Counted from the first letter of the stretch, positions 48,301-61,456 are shown. The stretch is 64,000 nt of DNA from Phallusia mammillata (GCA_965637545.1 OZ281496.1:8370001-8434000); one strand, 5' to 3'. Notes: generated by a model not told the origin, from the sequence alone. Made by a program: numbers and translations.

Positions 48301-48970
48301 AGTGTACACTGTTTCGATTTACAAAGTTACATTAGTGCAGCTGCTGTAACCAACTAACGGCACTCGAGTTTGTTTGGAAAATTAAACTGAATTAGAATGT
48401 TAAATTTAAAACTCTAACCACCTGTATGTACTCAAATCACAAAAATACGATGCAGAGAAAATATTTTAAAGTTTACAGCAGTTTGTTCCTATTGGATTTT
48501 AGGTAGCAGTATAAGACAATATTTTGCAACTGTTTATACTTACAACAAAGCAAACAATATATATATACACACACCGACATTTGCCAAAAGCAGTTTTAGT
48601 TACGTTGATTTAAAATCTTTTCGTAGAAACTATTAGAACCAGTTAAATGCTATCGCTCGCAAGGGAAATGCTATCGTCATTTCGTTTACAGGACTTATTG
48701 CGAAACTAAAACGACATGTACTTTGGCTGTTATACGCAAAGCGATGTTTTGTTTTGCATCGATCTGCAAGTAAGATCCAAAAATCTAAAATTTGTACCAC
48801 GTGTTTTGGTGCACAAGATTTTGCACTCATTTATTTGGACTTTTTTATTAGGTAAATTACCATCTACAGTAGTACATTAAATGTGCCTCTTCCTATTTAT
48901 ACCTCAAATCAGCGAAAATTACCTAAAATAACGCGATCGCTAGGTGTTGCGAGAGCGTGCACGCTAAAGA

Positions 48971-49078
48971 GGAAGGATGATTGGCCGAATGGTCTGGCGG
49001 GCCTGACCCACATACAGACATAAAAAAAAACCTTGATCGGGATTCGTCCCCGGGAGTGTCCTGGGTTCGAACCCCGTG
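48971..49078 (+). mobile_element. Degenerate tRNA-derived (SINE-like) head
   Basis: A-box-like TGGCCGAATGG and B box GGTTCGAACCC, followed by an A run; no cloverleaf. Confidence 0.4.
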
Positions 49079-50614
49079 AAAAAAAAAGAAACTTTTTCTG
49101 TGGGACCAGTTTTTATTTTACAGATCATAACTTGTCAAGCTTGATAAAAAAGAGATTGTGTACAACTTTTTTTAACACAAGCAAGCCTAAAACGTGCAGA
49201 TACGTGTTTAGAGCTCAAGTTTGTGTTTTGTGATAATTTCGGCTTTTCTAAGCACACAAAAAGCAAAACTATTAGTTTCTTTAAGTTTGCTGCAATCTAG
49301 GTTTCACATAAAAACACTGTCCTCGTTTTATTTATGTTTGTGAATTCATTTATACATTTCTTAAACGTTAAAAATAATTAACTAATTACGGTTATCCCAA
49401 AAGGATTTTTGCTTGGTATTTTACCAATTACTTCATTGAAATCATTCAAATTAGTTGGCTGTCGGAAAATTGCTTTTTGCTCAAAAACCTGTCATATTGC
49501 GAATCAAACTGTCAAAATCAGAAACAAAACAAGACTTGGGCAGGAAGTCACCACTTTTGCAGCATGTGTAACCTTCGAAATATAGATATACTCTCAACTG
49601 TTACAATATATTAACTCAACTTGATTATATTGCATTAAAATTACAGACACAACGAAATATTTCGATAAAGTAATTTTCAGACAATAGCAAAACAACTAAA
49701 TATTTTTCTGAAGATCTGTTTTAGATCGAAAATACTACAAAGTGAGAAACTATTAAAACCAACAGTTACGCTTTACACGTATTTAAATGGAATGCACAAG
49801 ATAAAGTTTCATATCTTTGTTATGTTATCTGCAGACGCATTGCTTTAGCTTTAGGGTTCTGGACAAATTTTTCCCACATAGAAATTGCTCCAATTTTTTC
49901 CCACATGTAAATTCTGAAATAAAGAGATATAAGAGAGCATGTTTACAACTAGAATCGGCCTGCAAATGTTATTTTTGACTAAAATCATAACAACAAAAAT
50001 ACATCACAGTACGCCAGACCAGCAACAAAAGTTATATCGGTAAGGAGATCAATGATACAAGGGGTAAGCTGAAAGTGGTAAGCATTTTTTGTAGTTTGCC
50101 TCTGTGCTTTTCAGGTGTTTAATTTTCAAAGATATAAGATATTTCTACATATTTTACTTTATACCACTTTATTTTGACAATCAACTACAGGTTTGCTTTT
50201 ACAGAAACTAATTCCTGTTTTTATAAGAAGAAAAATTTATTTTTGTTGATTTCAAGAAACGATTTATTGCTTGTAACTGTTTTTTTTTTATAAAACACTC
50301 TAAATATTTAATTGATTTCAAGCAAGAATCTTTCTTTTTACATTCTATTGTTTGCGGGAAATTCCTTTCTTACAAAAGTGTTTCAGCTTGACGCAATTTA
50401 TATTGAATTTGAAACTTCGACTGAATCTGATTTGCCTATGTTGGTAAATCTAATCAAAATAATTTTCCACTGGTTAAAGAAAATGGATCTAATCTTCATT
50501 GTTGCCATAAGAGTTTAACTTCATTTTCTGATATTTTTTGTTTGATTCTGTACATTTTTTTGAAAAGTTGTAAGTAGGGTCGAGTTCGTTTTGACCCGGG
50601 TTTTAGTTTGGACC

Positions 50615-51279
50615 TGTATCGGACTTTGGACTTTTTAATTCAAAACATTTTAATTCGTGTAATTGTCGTGTCATATCATTACGGTCAACCCCGTTCATAA
50701 CTCGCCTTTTTCTACACAAAAGCTTGACCGGCTGTTAAACCTATTTAAACCTGTTTTACTTATTACTGCATCGGTCAATTACTGCTTAAGGCTATCGTTT
50801 TATCGTCCCCTTACGTGTTAACGTGAAGCAATGTCTTAAACTGCTTCCAGCCATGTTACACTTGACAATTCTATAAGCGATTTAAAGTATAATTACGGTT
50901 TAGAACACAGTTAATCTTCTCGGGCGTACGTTTTACGACTATGCCGGTGATAACGAGATATGACCTGAACGCTATAAATATAGACGTATTTTAGACTTAA
51001 AATCAGTTATCTAAAGTTACCTAGAGTTACCTTAAGTTACCAAGAGTGACTAGAGTACGCATTAGAATTGATGTCTCACAGTTGATTCGTGCGCGGTGAC
51101 TTTTGTGTTGCGTGTTTAGCCGCAATTGGCGCTCTCGTGGCATGGTTTATTGAAATATAATGTGGGAACGTTAAATCAGTTTGCGTCTTTTTAGGTTTGT
51201 TTCGACAGTGATAGTTTGTTTGTTTATTAGAGTCAGATATACGGCAGTGTTTTTATTGTCTACCCACTGGGTCAGCACA
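50615..51279 (+). repeat. 5' LTR of the Gypsy element
   Basis: Direct repeat of 54124-54788. Confidence 0.93.
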
Positions 51280-51365
51280 AATTTGGTGACGCCCTCTGCC
51301 GTGATGAAATTGATTGTCGCGCATTTAATCTTCTGATAAAATCGCTGTTAAGAACGCCTAAATTA

Positions 51366-52085
51366 ATGATGCAGACAATTGCTAGTTTCGTTCCCGTTTC
51401 TGTAAGCGCCGCGACGCATTGTTATAATACGCCTGTCCAGTCTGCATGGACTGCACCAACGGTATTGTATTACTCTGAGACTGAGCTCCGCTCAAATTAT
51501 TCTGTAAAGTTTTCAGATAGACACCAGGTAGCATCGCCGTTTTTGACACGTAGCCAGGCACCGTGTAATGCACAGTATTTTACGCCTCGCTATCAAATTA
51601 ATTCTGCGCCTGTTGGGATTGATGAACTTAATTTACCTCCCATGTGGACGGATACGGTAAAATTTTGGTTTACAACGGTGGAAAACATTTTCCAAAGCCA
51701 CCAGGTAACGTCCGAAGCTGAGAAATTCTGTTTAATTGTCTCTGTGTTGAACCAGGCACAAGCGCAAAAGGTCAGCCACGTCATTTTAGGTGCTGTTGGT
51801 GGTTGTCTTTCGTATGACGATTTAAAACAGGCTCTCATAAAGGCTTTTGGCGTTAACCCTGTTGCTAAGGTAAATGAGTCGCTTCCAAATGTTACGTTGG
51901 AAAGTAAGCGCCCTAGTGTCTCTGTTGATAATTTGGTTCCTCAGGGCGATAACCAAGATCCAGTACCGGTCGCCGAAAAGTCGTTAAACTACTCGTTTTG
52001 GGCGCCTGATTACGGTTTGTCCATTGATGCATTGGTCAAAAACGCTGATCAAATCGCATTGATTAGCGAACCAACGAACTTTTAA
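51366..52085 (+). CDS. Gag-like capsid protein of the Gypsy element
   Basis: LPPMWTDTVKFWFTTVENIF...SEAEKFCLIVSVL...SYDDLKQALIKAF matches the LPPFW...WF...E..F...KF..V..L...Y..LK..LI pattern of Mag-like Gypsy gags. Confidence 0.8.
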   Translation: MMQTIASFVPVSVSAATHCYNTPVQSAWTAPTVLYYSETELRSNYSVKFSDRHQVASPFLTRSQAPCNAQYFTPRYQINSAPVGIDELNLPPMWTDTVKFWFTTVENIFQSHQVTSEAEKFCLIVSVLNQAQAQKVSHVILGAVGGCLSYDDLKQALIKAFGVNPVAKVNESLPNVTLESKRPSVSVDNLVPQGDNQDPVPVAEKSLNYSFWAPDYGLSIDALVKNADQIALISEPTNF

Positions 52086-54123
52086 GCGTTTAAGGTGGCT
52101 GAAAAGGACACAATTGTCTCCGGCAATAAAAGTGTCATTGTCGACGCGTGCCGATTCCAACAACTCGTCAGACGAAACGCCGGATTGTTTAGATCCGCAG
52201 GCGATCTAAGAATCGGATAGCAGGGAAGTATAATTATTGATTGACTATTGTTTACGGACAAATTTGATTACCTTACTACGAAATTGCCTACTCCCTGTGT
52301 TTTTAATCTCTACCTTGCGATTGCTAATCCTAAATGACAACAACTGTACCATGTTTTGACTATAATTTTTACTAAGAAATGTCACCTTTATGCTTGATAC
52401 GGTCTAATAATAATCTACTTGTCTACTTAATTAGAAATCCTCTTCTCTCTCGTACGTGGTTGCGGTAATTGGGGCCGCATGCGCCTAAGGCAGCAATTAT
52501 TTTATTTTTTCTACTTCTACATACTTGTCTGACCCAATAGTCTCTAAGTCCTTGCTAATAGGGATTGACTGCTTCTCGCTATAGACATAAAAGCGAAAGT
52601 TTGTCATTAAGGCATAGAAAGTTTGCAGACCGGTATCATTCATAGATAAGCATGTTCTTGTTTGGTTTATTACCAATACTCTCACATGATAGTTTGTTTG
52701 CTCTAAATAGTTAGCGTCGCAAAGTTGCAGATTTAATGTTTTGTTTTTTTGAGTGTAGTTTTACAGAAAGATCAATGCTACATGAGGTTCGAACGATTTC
52801 TATCGATACTGACGACGAATTGTCAAGCACAGTAAGTACTTTAATCATCATCGGCCTTGCTCACGCCAATACAGCTATAAGCATTCTAAGAACCTCGTAA
52901 ATTGGCCTTTCTAACAACTACCTTGATATTGAAACGAAAACGATCATAACATTCGTTCTAAGTACCTAGTAGGTTGACCCTGTATAAAAATAATTTTAGA
53001 TTTGACATGACTATATGTGAAACCAAAACGATAAATATGAAATTGTGTTTAATCAATTAAACGTGCCAAGGAAAAATGCAGGAGAATGCTACAGTAATAA
53101 AGCGGAAAGATGTTAAAGCAAATGCAAATGGCCTTGACACTATAGCGCCGCCGCGCGCACGCGTTCATCGAACGCCAAGCCACTGGTTCATATTGAACTT
53201 TATAATTCAATGAGCACAGCTCAAAGCAGCATTGCTGCTCAGTCGCTAGGCCAAATGCCGCCTAAAAAGCAATTGCAACTCAAACGAGATTGATTGCCTA
53301 AAAATCCTTACCTTGCCTCGACGGCAGCGCGAAAATATAATAATCTGTCATAGATTGGCCTGTCGGTCGAAATGGCGAGAGTAATACCTCAAAATGCGAC
53401 TCAACAACTCACAACCGCAGATTGCTAAAGCACTGCAAAACCCTTACAAGTGGGAGGCTGTACAGCCACATTTCACATGTAAAATCAAGTCGCCAGCACA
53501 GCTACGCGTCAAACCGTAAAAAAGCTTAGCAAAAACTCTGAAAAGTACGGCAGCTCGTTTAATTTCTTACAAGAATTCGAAACAGAAACACTTGTCAAAT
53601 GTCAAAACTATTTTTATTTGTATCACGAACCTACATAGTACTTAGAATTTGCGCCTTTTTTCAATCGTATTGTATATATATACTTAATCAAAATTATAGC
53701 CCTAAAATACCCTTATATAATCATTGGTGTGAGTATTTTGCCGCGCGAAATGTTGAGTTTAGATTACAGATGTTTAAAAAATCAACGTGCGAATTCAACT
53801 GTTCGAATCACCGGATCAACTGTTCGAATCGCATCAAGCAACATTCTATCACAACTCCATTCGATCTCCACATGATGACGTTCGAAAATACAAAAGACTT
53901 CGTCAACTGGAGTTCACCAAAAAATACAAACAATCTATTACCACACAGCGTGATATCCAACCATCAAGCAAACGAAGAATGGACAAAAAATTTCGGCACA
54001 ATCAACATTTGACTTTGGAGCACGAAGCGTCAAATCGGAAACAATAAACGGACAACAAACTAATTCGGAAAACATCATCCAGGAGAATCTCTTCCGGAAA
54101 ACATTTCACGGGACGGAGAGTGA

Positions 54124-54788
54124 TGTATCGGACTTTGGACTTTTTAATTCAAAACATTTTAATTCGTGTAATTGTCGTGTCATATCATTACGGTCAACCC
54201 CGTTCATAACTCGCCTTTTTCTACACAAAAGCTTGACCGGCTGTTAAACCTATTTAAACCTGTTTTACTTATTACTGCATCGGTCAATTACTGCTTAAGG
54301 CTATCGTTTTATCGTCCCCTTACGTGTTAACGTGAAGCAATGTCTTAAACTGCTTCCAGCCATGTTACACTTGACAATTCTATAAGCGATTTAAAGTATA
54401 ATTACGGTTTAGAACACAGTTAATCTTCTCGGGCGTACGTTTTACGACTATGCCGGTGATAACGAGATATGACCTGAACGCTATAAATATAGACGTATTT
54501 TAGACTTAAAATCAGTTATCTAAAGTTACCTAGAGTTACCTTAAGTTACCAAGAGTGACTAGAGTACGCATTAGAATTGATGTCTCACAGTTGATTCGTG
54601 CGCGGTGACTTTTGTGTTGCGTGTTTAGCCGCAATTGGCGCTCTCGTGGCATGGTTTATTGAAATATAATGTGGGAACGTTAAATCAGTTTGCGTCTTTT
54701 TAGGTTTGTTTCGACAGTGATAGTTTGTTTGTTTATTAGAGTCAGATATACGGCAGTGTTTTTATTGTCTACCCACTGGGTCAGAACA
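54124..54788 (+). repeat. 3' LTR of the Gypsy element
   Basis: Direct repeat of 50615-51279, followed by TSD GACC. Confidence 0.93.
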
Positions 54789-55363
54789 GACCTAAGTGAA
54801 AATAAAGCAGGCTAGACTTGGTCTGAACTTTGAATTAGACACATTTATGTCTTAATGTTTTTTTGGTAAACTATTCTTGCCTAATCCAGGCTGTACTTAA
54901 ATCGAATATTGGGCCGAGTTTCGGAATTTTGCTTTTGGGTTCAGGCTTAATTTCCTGACCGCTTAACATTCAGAGAAAGAGAATATAATTTTACACCATG
55001 ATAGAAAGATAGTTGAATCAAAATCCAATTAAATCTTTTCTAATTGCCCAAATACTCCAAACATAATCATCAGACTCAAAGTGAATTAAACTTGACTATA
55101 TAGCATTATAATTACAGACACAATGAAATACTTCGACAAAGTAATTTTCTTAGCACACGGCAATTAATTAAAGCATTCATTGTCGAAAACGTGTTAAACA
55201 ATTTACCCATTTAAAAATTTCATATTTAGCATTTTTTTAAACCATCAAATTTCAAATTGCAAACAAATGCTGCAAAGTCATTTTCTTTAAGATTTCATAC
55301 ACACGTGTTAAGCATTTTTGACAAAGGTACACAATACGATTTTTAAAATACATGACAACTCAT

Positions 55364-58300
55364 CTACAGACGAATTTGTTTCACCTTTGGATCTTGGGCC
55401 AATTTTACCCATACGAAGTACCCGGCACCGATAATTACAGCAGCCAGAAGAACAAACATCACAAGTTGGAAGATGTTGTCAGTTACTTCATCTCTGTCTT
55501 CTGCAGTGTCTGCGAGAAAATTAAATGTTTAACGAAGATGTAAAGATATATGAGAGAGCGTATCCACGATATGCACCAGTCTTTAAACGACCTCTGTGGC
55601 CAAAATTAAGGCTAATCATAGATCACAGTACGCCAGACTAGCAAGAGGTGTTGTGTCAAATCAAATATGTTGAGAGATCACATCAAATAAGGGGTAAGAA
55701 AAAAAGTGCTGAACATGGACAAGAGTAAACTTGACAGGGTTTGAAGCCAAGAATGCATCTGCATGCAATAGACAGTCATTCATGGAGTTTTAGACAATGA
55801 CGCGTTTGCATCTAAATACCACAGCGGGAACTGAAAGCAGGGAACTGGTTTTAGAGTCATAAAATAACGGTCTACTTTTCAAGTAACCGCAGTGATTATG
55901 GAGATGATATTACAACAGCAGAAAATTCACTGAGAGACTTTTACGGCACTTTATGTGGAGCTATATTCCACTGCACAAAGGTTTCGAAATAGCCTTCCCT
56001 ACATAGAATCACCAGATGAGCGATAAAGCATTTAATTTATTGCCTTGTTACCTTGCACAGGCAAATACTTGATAGTTTGTAAGATGTGCACTGGTCCTGC
56101 AGAAAGTCGTTGGTTGCGTTTATTGTTGTCAACGGATCGTCGTCCCACACCTCCACATGTCTGTAAATAACTCAGATGGCTTTCAAGAGGCTCAGTATTT
56201 ATTTGACCTTATGTAAACTACAACACATTGACTTTCTGCTTAACTATCGACTTTGTGTGAAAAATTCAGAACTGTTATTTTATTTAGGTAAACTCCAGAC
56301 TTTTTCGTACAGTCTCGACAAACAGAAATTGATAAACTATATAATTGTTACAGAGTTTCAAACAGAAATATGCTCAACTCAACTGACTTGTCCAGGGCAT
56401 TGTCCAGTTGAGTTTTGACAGATGGTCACGTCGCAGTGGATGTAGATAAATTGTTCTGCGTCGGTGAAGTTTGTCCACACAAAGCTCATCAGCTTGAAAG
56501 TTGCAAAGTTGGTTTCGTAATTTCGCATCAATATCTTCGCGTCGGCATCCTCGTTTCCACTGGGTGGCGCAGCGCACCTAACAATTTCGACACAACGTTA
56601 CCCACAGCGCAATACAGAATGTAACTTAACACTTAAAAAATCAGAACAATAGACCCATTGTAGCAATGCTTACCCGCTTTGTACAATCTGGTAACTCGGC
56701 AAACCACTGGAGTTTTCAACGCGTGTCGCCCAACATTCTTCAAGCTGTGCACAATAACTTTGATAACAATCAAAATAAAAGCATTTCAACTTCAAAGTAA
56801 CTAAATTAACGAGTCGAAATTACAGTTAGAAAACGGGTTTTAGAAAATAGAATTAGGAGCTTTACCATGTTCTAATACTTTAGTACGTTTTTTTTTTTTA
56901 CTTTTTTTGCAAAGATAGTCTGCGCCAAAAGCATTTATTTGTTTTCAATTCACCTGGACAATAAAGTCATCGTTGCTTGCAGAAACCTCATCAAGTTTAA
57001 CTTCAGCAAAAATGTAGTTAGGCACAGTGACTTCCCCGGGCAAGCTCTCGTTGAAATGTTCGTTGGTGAACAGATTTAAAGCGACGTCAAAGTTTCCTGT
57101 ATTCTCAGCCGAAATTTCAACCGTACTGTAAATTTGACATATTTTACCACAGCATGAAAGCTTATTTAAAGTAAACTTAAACTTTTCTGGTGTTATCACA
57201 GTCATTTTAGTGGTGAGTATATACATAAAATTACACTACTAAAAACTGTTATAAAGGAATTATCCAACTTTTAACAGAATATTTCGGAAGGGCGCAAATA
57301 ATGCCATCCTTGTCCACTGCAGCGAATCATTTGTGTTTGGGATTTGCTTAGGTTGAAATATGTAGTTTTCTGTTCATTACTTGAAGAATAAATGTTATGC
57401 ATTTTATATTGACAATGGCAGACGTATTGTGTTATGTGTGCTCTGTGTGTCGTGTGATCTGTGGCAGGTGCCATATGTTATTTTTTAGGTGCCATATGTT
57501 ATGATCTGTGGCAGGTGCCATATGTTATGTTTCATGGCAGATGCCATATGTTATGTGCCCTGTATGTCTTGTGTATTGTGACATGTATGGCAAACATTAT
57601 GTTCATTATGTGTATTTGCTACCACTCACCCTATCTGTAGTTGAACGTTGGATGATGAGAGAAATTGATCGGCTTCAAATACACAAGTCACATTGAGCTT
57701 GTTTTGAACGTCGCGTTGGATCACAGCAGTGGATGGAGCTAGGTATCTCCAGATCAGGAACGACACCGATATGTTGCCGTTTTTATTCTAATTGTCAAAA
57801 TTTAGAAAAAAAATCTTTTTTAATCGTGTTTGTTTTTAACAACAAAAGATGCAAATCCATCAATAAAGTTCAAAATAAGAGTATTTTAAGTTTGAATTGT
57901 TTTGACATCAAATATATTAAAAGAAACACCATAGGTTACATTATAGAGGCCTTCGCATTGGTCAATGTCGAACAGGAATTCCGGATTTGACCCAGTGACC
58001 TTGCAGTTGTCATTGAGATGAGAAAGGGGGGGTTCCCTGTCCAATGCGATGTAAAGTGTGTCGCCGAGTTCATAGTCTAATATCATCTGATCATAGGCTG
58101 TTACTCTGCAAAAGTGAGGTTGTTCGTAGCAGCGGATCAAAAAATAGCTCACGCTTAGTCGCATTACGCAGGAAAGACAGCTTCACAGATTTTGAAAACG
58201 GGATATTAAAATCACCTGATTATCAAATTTTGTTCCTTGCACTTCAACGGTGGTGGCATCACTGAAAGAAAGAAAATCAAAATAAATTCTTCGTTTGGTT

Positions 58301-60048
58301 TTAAAATGAAGAATTACCATTATGTAGTTTGATCAATCAACATTTCCTTTTTTATATTTATGATTTTTCGTTGCGTTACTCTACGCTAGGGGTCACCAAA
58401 GTCTTTTTATTGCCGGTCGGATAAGTTTAATAATGATTCGCGCGGTGCATAGTTTACATGCACGAGCGCCGCTGTTCCAAACTTAGCCTGCGAGGCGATT
58501 TTTCTTGGGGCGTCAATATATGGTCTTTCTTCAATCCCATTTAAAATCTGGTGATGCGACTGTTAAATCGTATTAAATCTCACCTTATGATCAATGCTTG
58601 TATATTACGTCACAATTAACAGAAGAAGGCAATTGTTCGCGCATAATTAACACTTGTAGTCATGTCTGTGACGTAACAAACTGGCTTAGGAATCCTGGCT
58701 GTTGTAGTCATATGGATCTAGGTAATATTGAGTGTACGTTCCACGATAGGAAAACTTCCGTTAAGATAATTTTTAAATGTGCAAAGTTATCAATACAACT
58801 TGGCACCAAAGCATGTGGTCGCGGGCCGGATGAAGTGACCGCGAGGTCCGGATCCGTGGGCCGTAGTTTAGTGGCCCCTGCTCTACGCTATGTAGAACAA
58901 TTTCTACCCACCTTGCAGATCTACTGTCGCATTAAAGCCCATTTCCTGGGTCTCGAATTTGCTGACGAACATAACTGTGAGAATCGTTGCATTAAATCCG
59001 TATGGAAATGGTGATGGAACAGACCCGGAAATTCGTGAGGCATATTCGTTTTCGTCCTTGAACTGAATAACATATAAGACAAACACATACAAAATGTTGG
59101 AGCGTTGAACGACTGTTTGGTTAACAGATGTATAGTTTCAAATGTAACGTTACTGCTTTTGTTTGCTTTTTGCCACTACTTAGTTTGATTACTGATTTTT
59201 CCGAAAGCATTTCGTCATGTTGGAAAACCCTTTAACTGCTGAATTTGTTTTGTTAAAAAATATCGTTTTGACAAATGTTAGCAAAAAGTGCGATTAAAAA
59301 TATAACAGCGGTCTTACGTAAAGATAATCGACGCCGCTTTCTGTGACAAAATTTGAAAATTGAAAAACCAACGGCCTTATGATCTGCAAATCAAATCTCC
59401 AAACACATCCAGACCAGGCAGGATAGGAGCTCGGAAAATTAGGAGATTGTAAATTGTACATCGGTCCTGTTACATTTTCCCCGCACTCCATAGCTACAAT
59501 GCAAAATAAGTTTTTAACCAAACAAACCTTAAAACTCTTGAATTACATCAACCAAATTAAACATGGATCCTTTAGTGTTTCAACAGACCGACAAATAAAC
59601 TTACCGGGAAATATGCTTAAATGTACGTCTGCCGTGGTGAGATCCGTCATACAATTAACATAGGCCATTGGGCCTTCGATGACAACAGGAAAAGACACCC
59701 CCCCCCCCCCCCGCCCAGTAAAGTGCCAGCTAATACACCTGAGTCGTCGCTTCCCTCGTAGATCTGGGTTTAAAATAAATATCTGAGTCGAGTCGAGTCG
59801 AGTCGAGTCGAGTCGAGTCGAGTCGAGTCGAGTCGTTTTGTGAAAGTCTCAGACAATCAAAATATCACAATCGGATAAAAAAATTACCTCACAAAAGTTG
59901 TTAGCAGCCAGCTCGCCTGTTGGAAAATGAGCAACCATTCTGGGTGAACCCTGACTGGTAGTAAATTGTCGGCTAAAGTGATCGCATGAACCAGGGATAA
60001 GTACATTTAACTCATCAGCATTTATATCATCCACATCGCATACATCGA
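55364..60048 (-). CDS. CUB-ZP paralog D; intact except for an apparent frameshift at a G15 run; first exon not placed
   Basis: Exons 60048-59888, 59763-59605, 59493-59318, 59062-58912, 58261-58216, 58105-57940, 57787-57630, 57125-56954, 56744-56674, 56577-56388, 56160-56052, 55509-55364. The second exon is 159 bp versus 151 bp in A and C because of C15 at 59698-59712 (plus strand). All other exons are in phase, with TM helix and stop present. Confidence 0.8.
58387..58880. mobile_element. hAT-type MITE in an intron of paralog D
   Basis: Imperfect TIR TAGGGGTCACCAAA / TTTAGTGGCCCCTG with a perfect 8-bp TSD CTCTACGC. Confidence 0.85.
59785..59834. repeat. (GAGTC)10 pentanucleotide microsatellite
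   Basis: Ten perfect units, about 20 bp from a splice acceptor of paralog D. Confidence 0.97.
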
Positions 60049-61360
60049 CTGCAACGACAAAAGATGTTTAACAAATGTCTCAATTTCGGTAAAATGTCTT
60101 TCTTTGGTCAAGTCGACTTACAACTCTGCTTTGTCAGTTAAAATTTGTAACCTTAGAAGTAAAAAGCAGCGTAAAAAAATGTTTTGTCCAAAGATATTGA
60201 TAAGCTAATGTATTTAGAATATGGCACTCATTTCTATTGGGACCACTCCAGGAATATAGAAGATAGGCAAGCCAGCACAAGGCCTGATCGCGGACTAGAA
60301 TCTGTTCTTAGTGGCCGATGCAGCTAATATCAAGAAGTTCTCTTAGCGATTGTACGCCCAGAGCCCAAGCATATCCAAAAATCGCGAAGAGTGAAACGTA
60401 TTTCATACGTGATAATGTCTGTCACAAACCCCTAGCTTAGTTTTTATTTCTTCTATTGTTGTGTCTTTTGTTCTTCGCGCGAAAAGCTTTGTTTAGTGGC
60501 CAGAAAGTTTAATAAGATATACAATATCTGCAGCTTACACAACTTTAACGTTTGTGAGCGTCTCCAAACTTTTAAAGGTAAGTGCGGATAAAAATTATAG
60601 CAGGGTTGCCATCAAAATGGACCCCAAAATAAGGACAACCGATTTTTTTACCTTTTGAACAAATCATTGCATTTATACGAGTCATGACATATCACATGCC
60701 ATATTTTTTTGCTAGAAACAATCTGTTCCAGCTATTCCTCGTTCGTAAAAAATACTTTTTGCATCTCACGACAGCTCAGGTCTATAGGTTTACTTTTACT
60801 TGTAACAGGGATTTGAGTTGTAATTATTGAAAATATTACAAAATAAGAAAGTCAAAAAAGGACATTTCTTAGAAATAAGGACAATAAAAAGTGCTTAAAA
60901 ACAATTTCTACTTACTTTCTCTTACAAACATTGTGACATTAAACCCAATTGCACTGGAGTCAAAGTCACTGACAAACATAACGGTAAGATTGGTGGCTCG
61001 AACGTAGTGTCAAGTGACTCCGCATTGAATATTCCAACATGAGTATCGTCAATCTTGTACTGATGAAACAATTGCCATACATAAATTTAGTAAAAAAATA
61101 AGTTTTTGCTGCATTTCAGTTGAGTTTAATTCGCTTGGTGAACATTGCGACACAATCGCACTAAAAACAATCACTAAGTCGAAAATATCTGAGCAACGTT
61201 AAAACGTTAGTGAAAGCGCAAAACATTAACGGCACAAATTCGCTTTGACATTTCGACACGAAGTTGTGGCATTTTTAATCATGTTAAATGTATTTTGGCA
61301 TTAGAAACGGTTAAACGTAAGACGATGTAGTGGACTCCGCAAGTACTTGACCCAGCAAGG

Positions 61361-61456
61361 GACCGTTATCGACGTATGCTACTTGAATCAGTTTGTATTC
61401 AACAACATAAACCCGACATAAACGATGATTCAAATCCGGTCCTTCTGTACTTGTAA
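61361..61456 (+). mobile_element. Penelope-like element remnant: C-terminus of the GIY-YIG endonuclease
   Basis: DRYRRMLLESVCIQQHKPDINDDSNPVLLYL* matches the R...LES..I...KP.LN.....L.L end of Penelope-like GIY-YIG domains; upstream sequence is degraded. Confidence 0.6.

Larger units (their letters stand above)
50615..54788 (+). mobile_element. Gypsy/Ty3 LTR element, non-autonomous, gag only
   Basis: 665-bp LTRs at 50615-51279 and 54124-54788 (TG...CA, near-identical), 4-bp TSD GACC, PBS-like TGGTGAC just after the 5' LTR, purine tract GGGACGGAGAG before the 3' LTR. No protease, RT or integrase motifs were found in the internal region. Confidence 0.92.

Noticed and set aside
53599-54047. pol or env remnant in the Gypsy element
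   Set aside because: No protease, RT, RNase H, integrase, signal peptide or TM pattern is recognisable in these ORFs.
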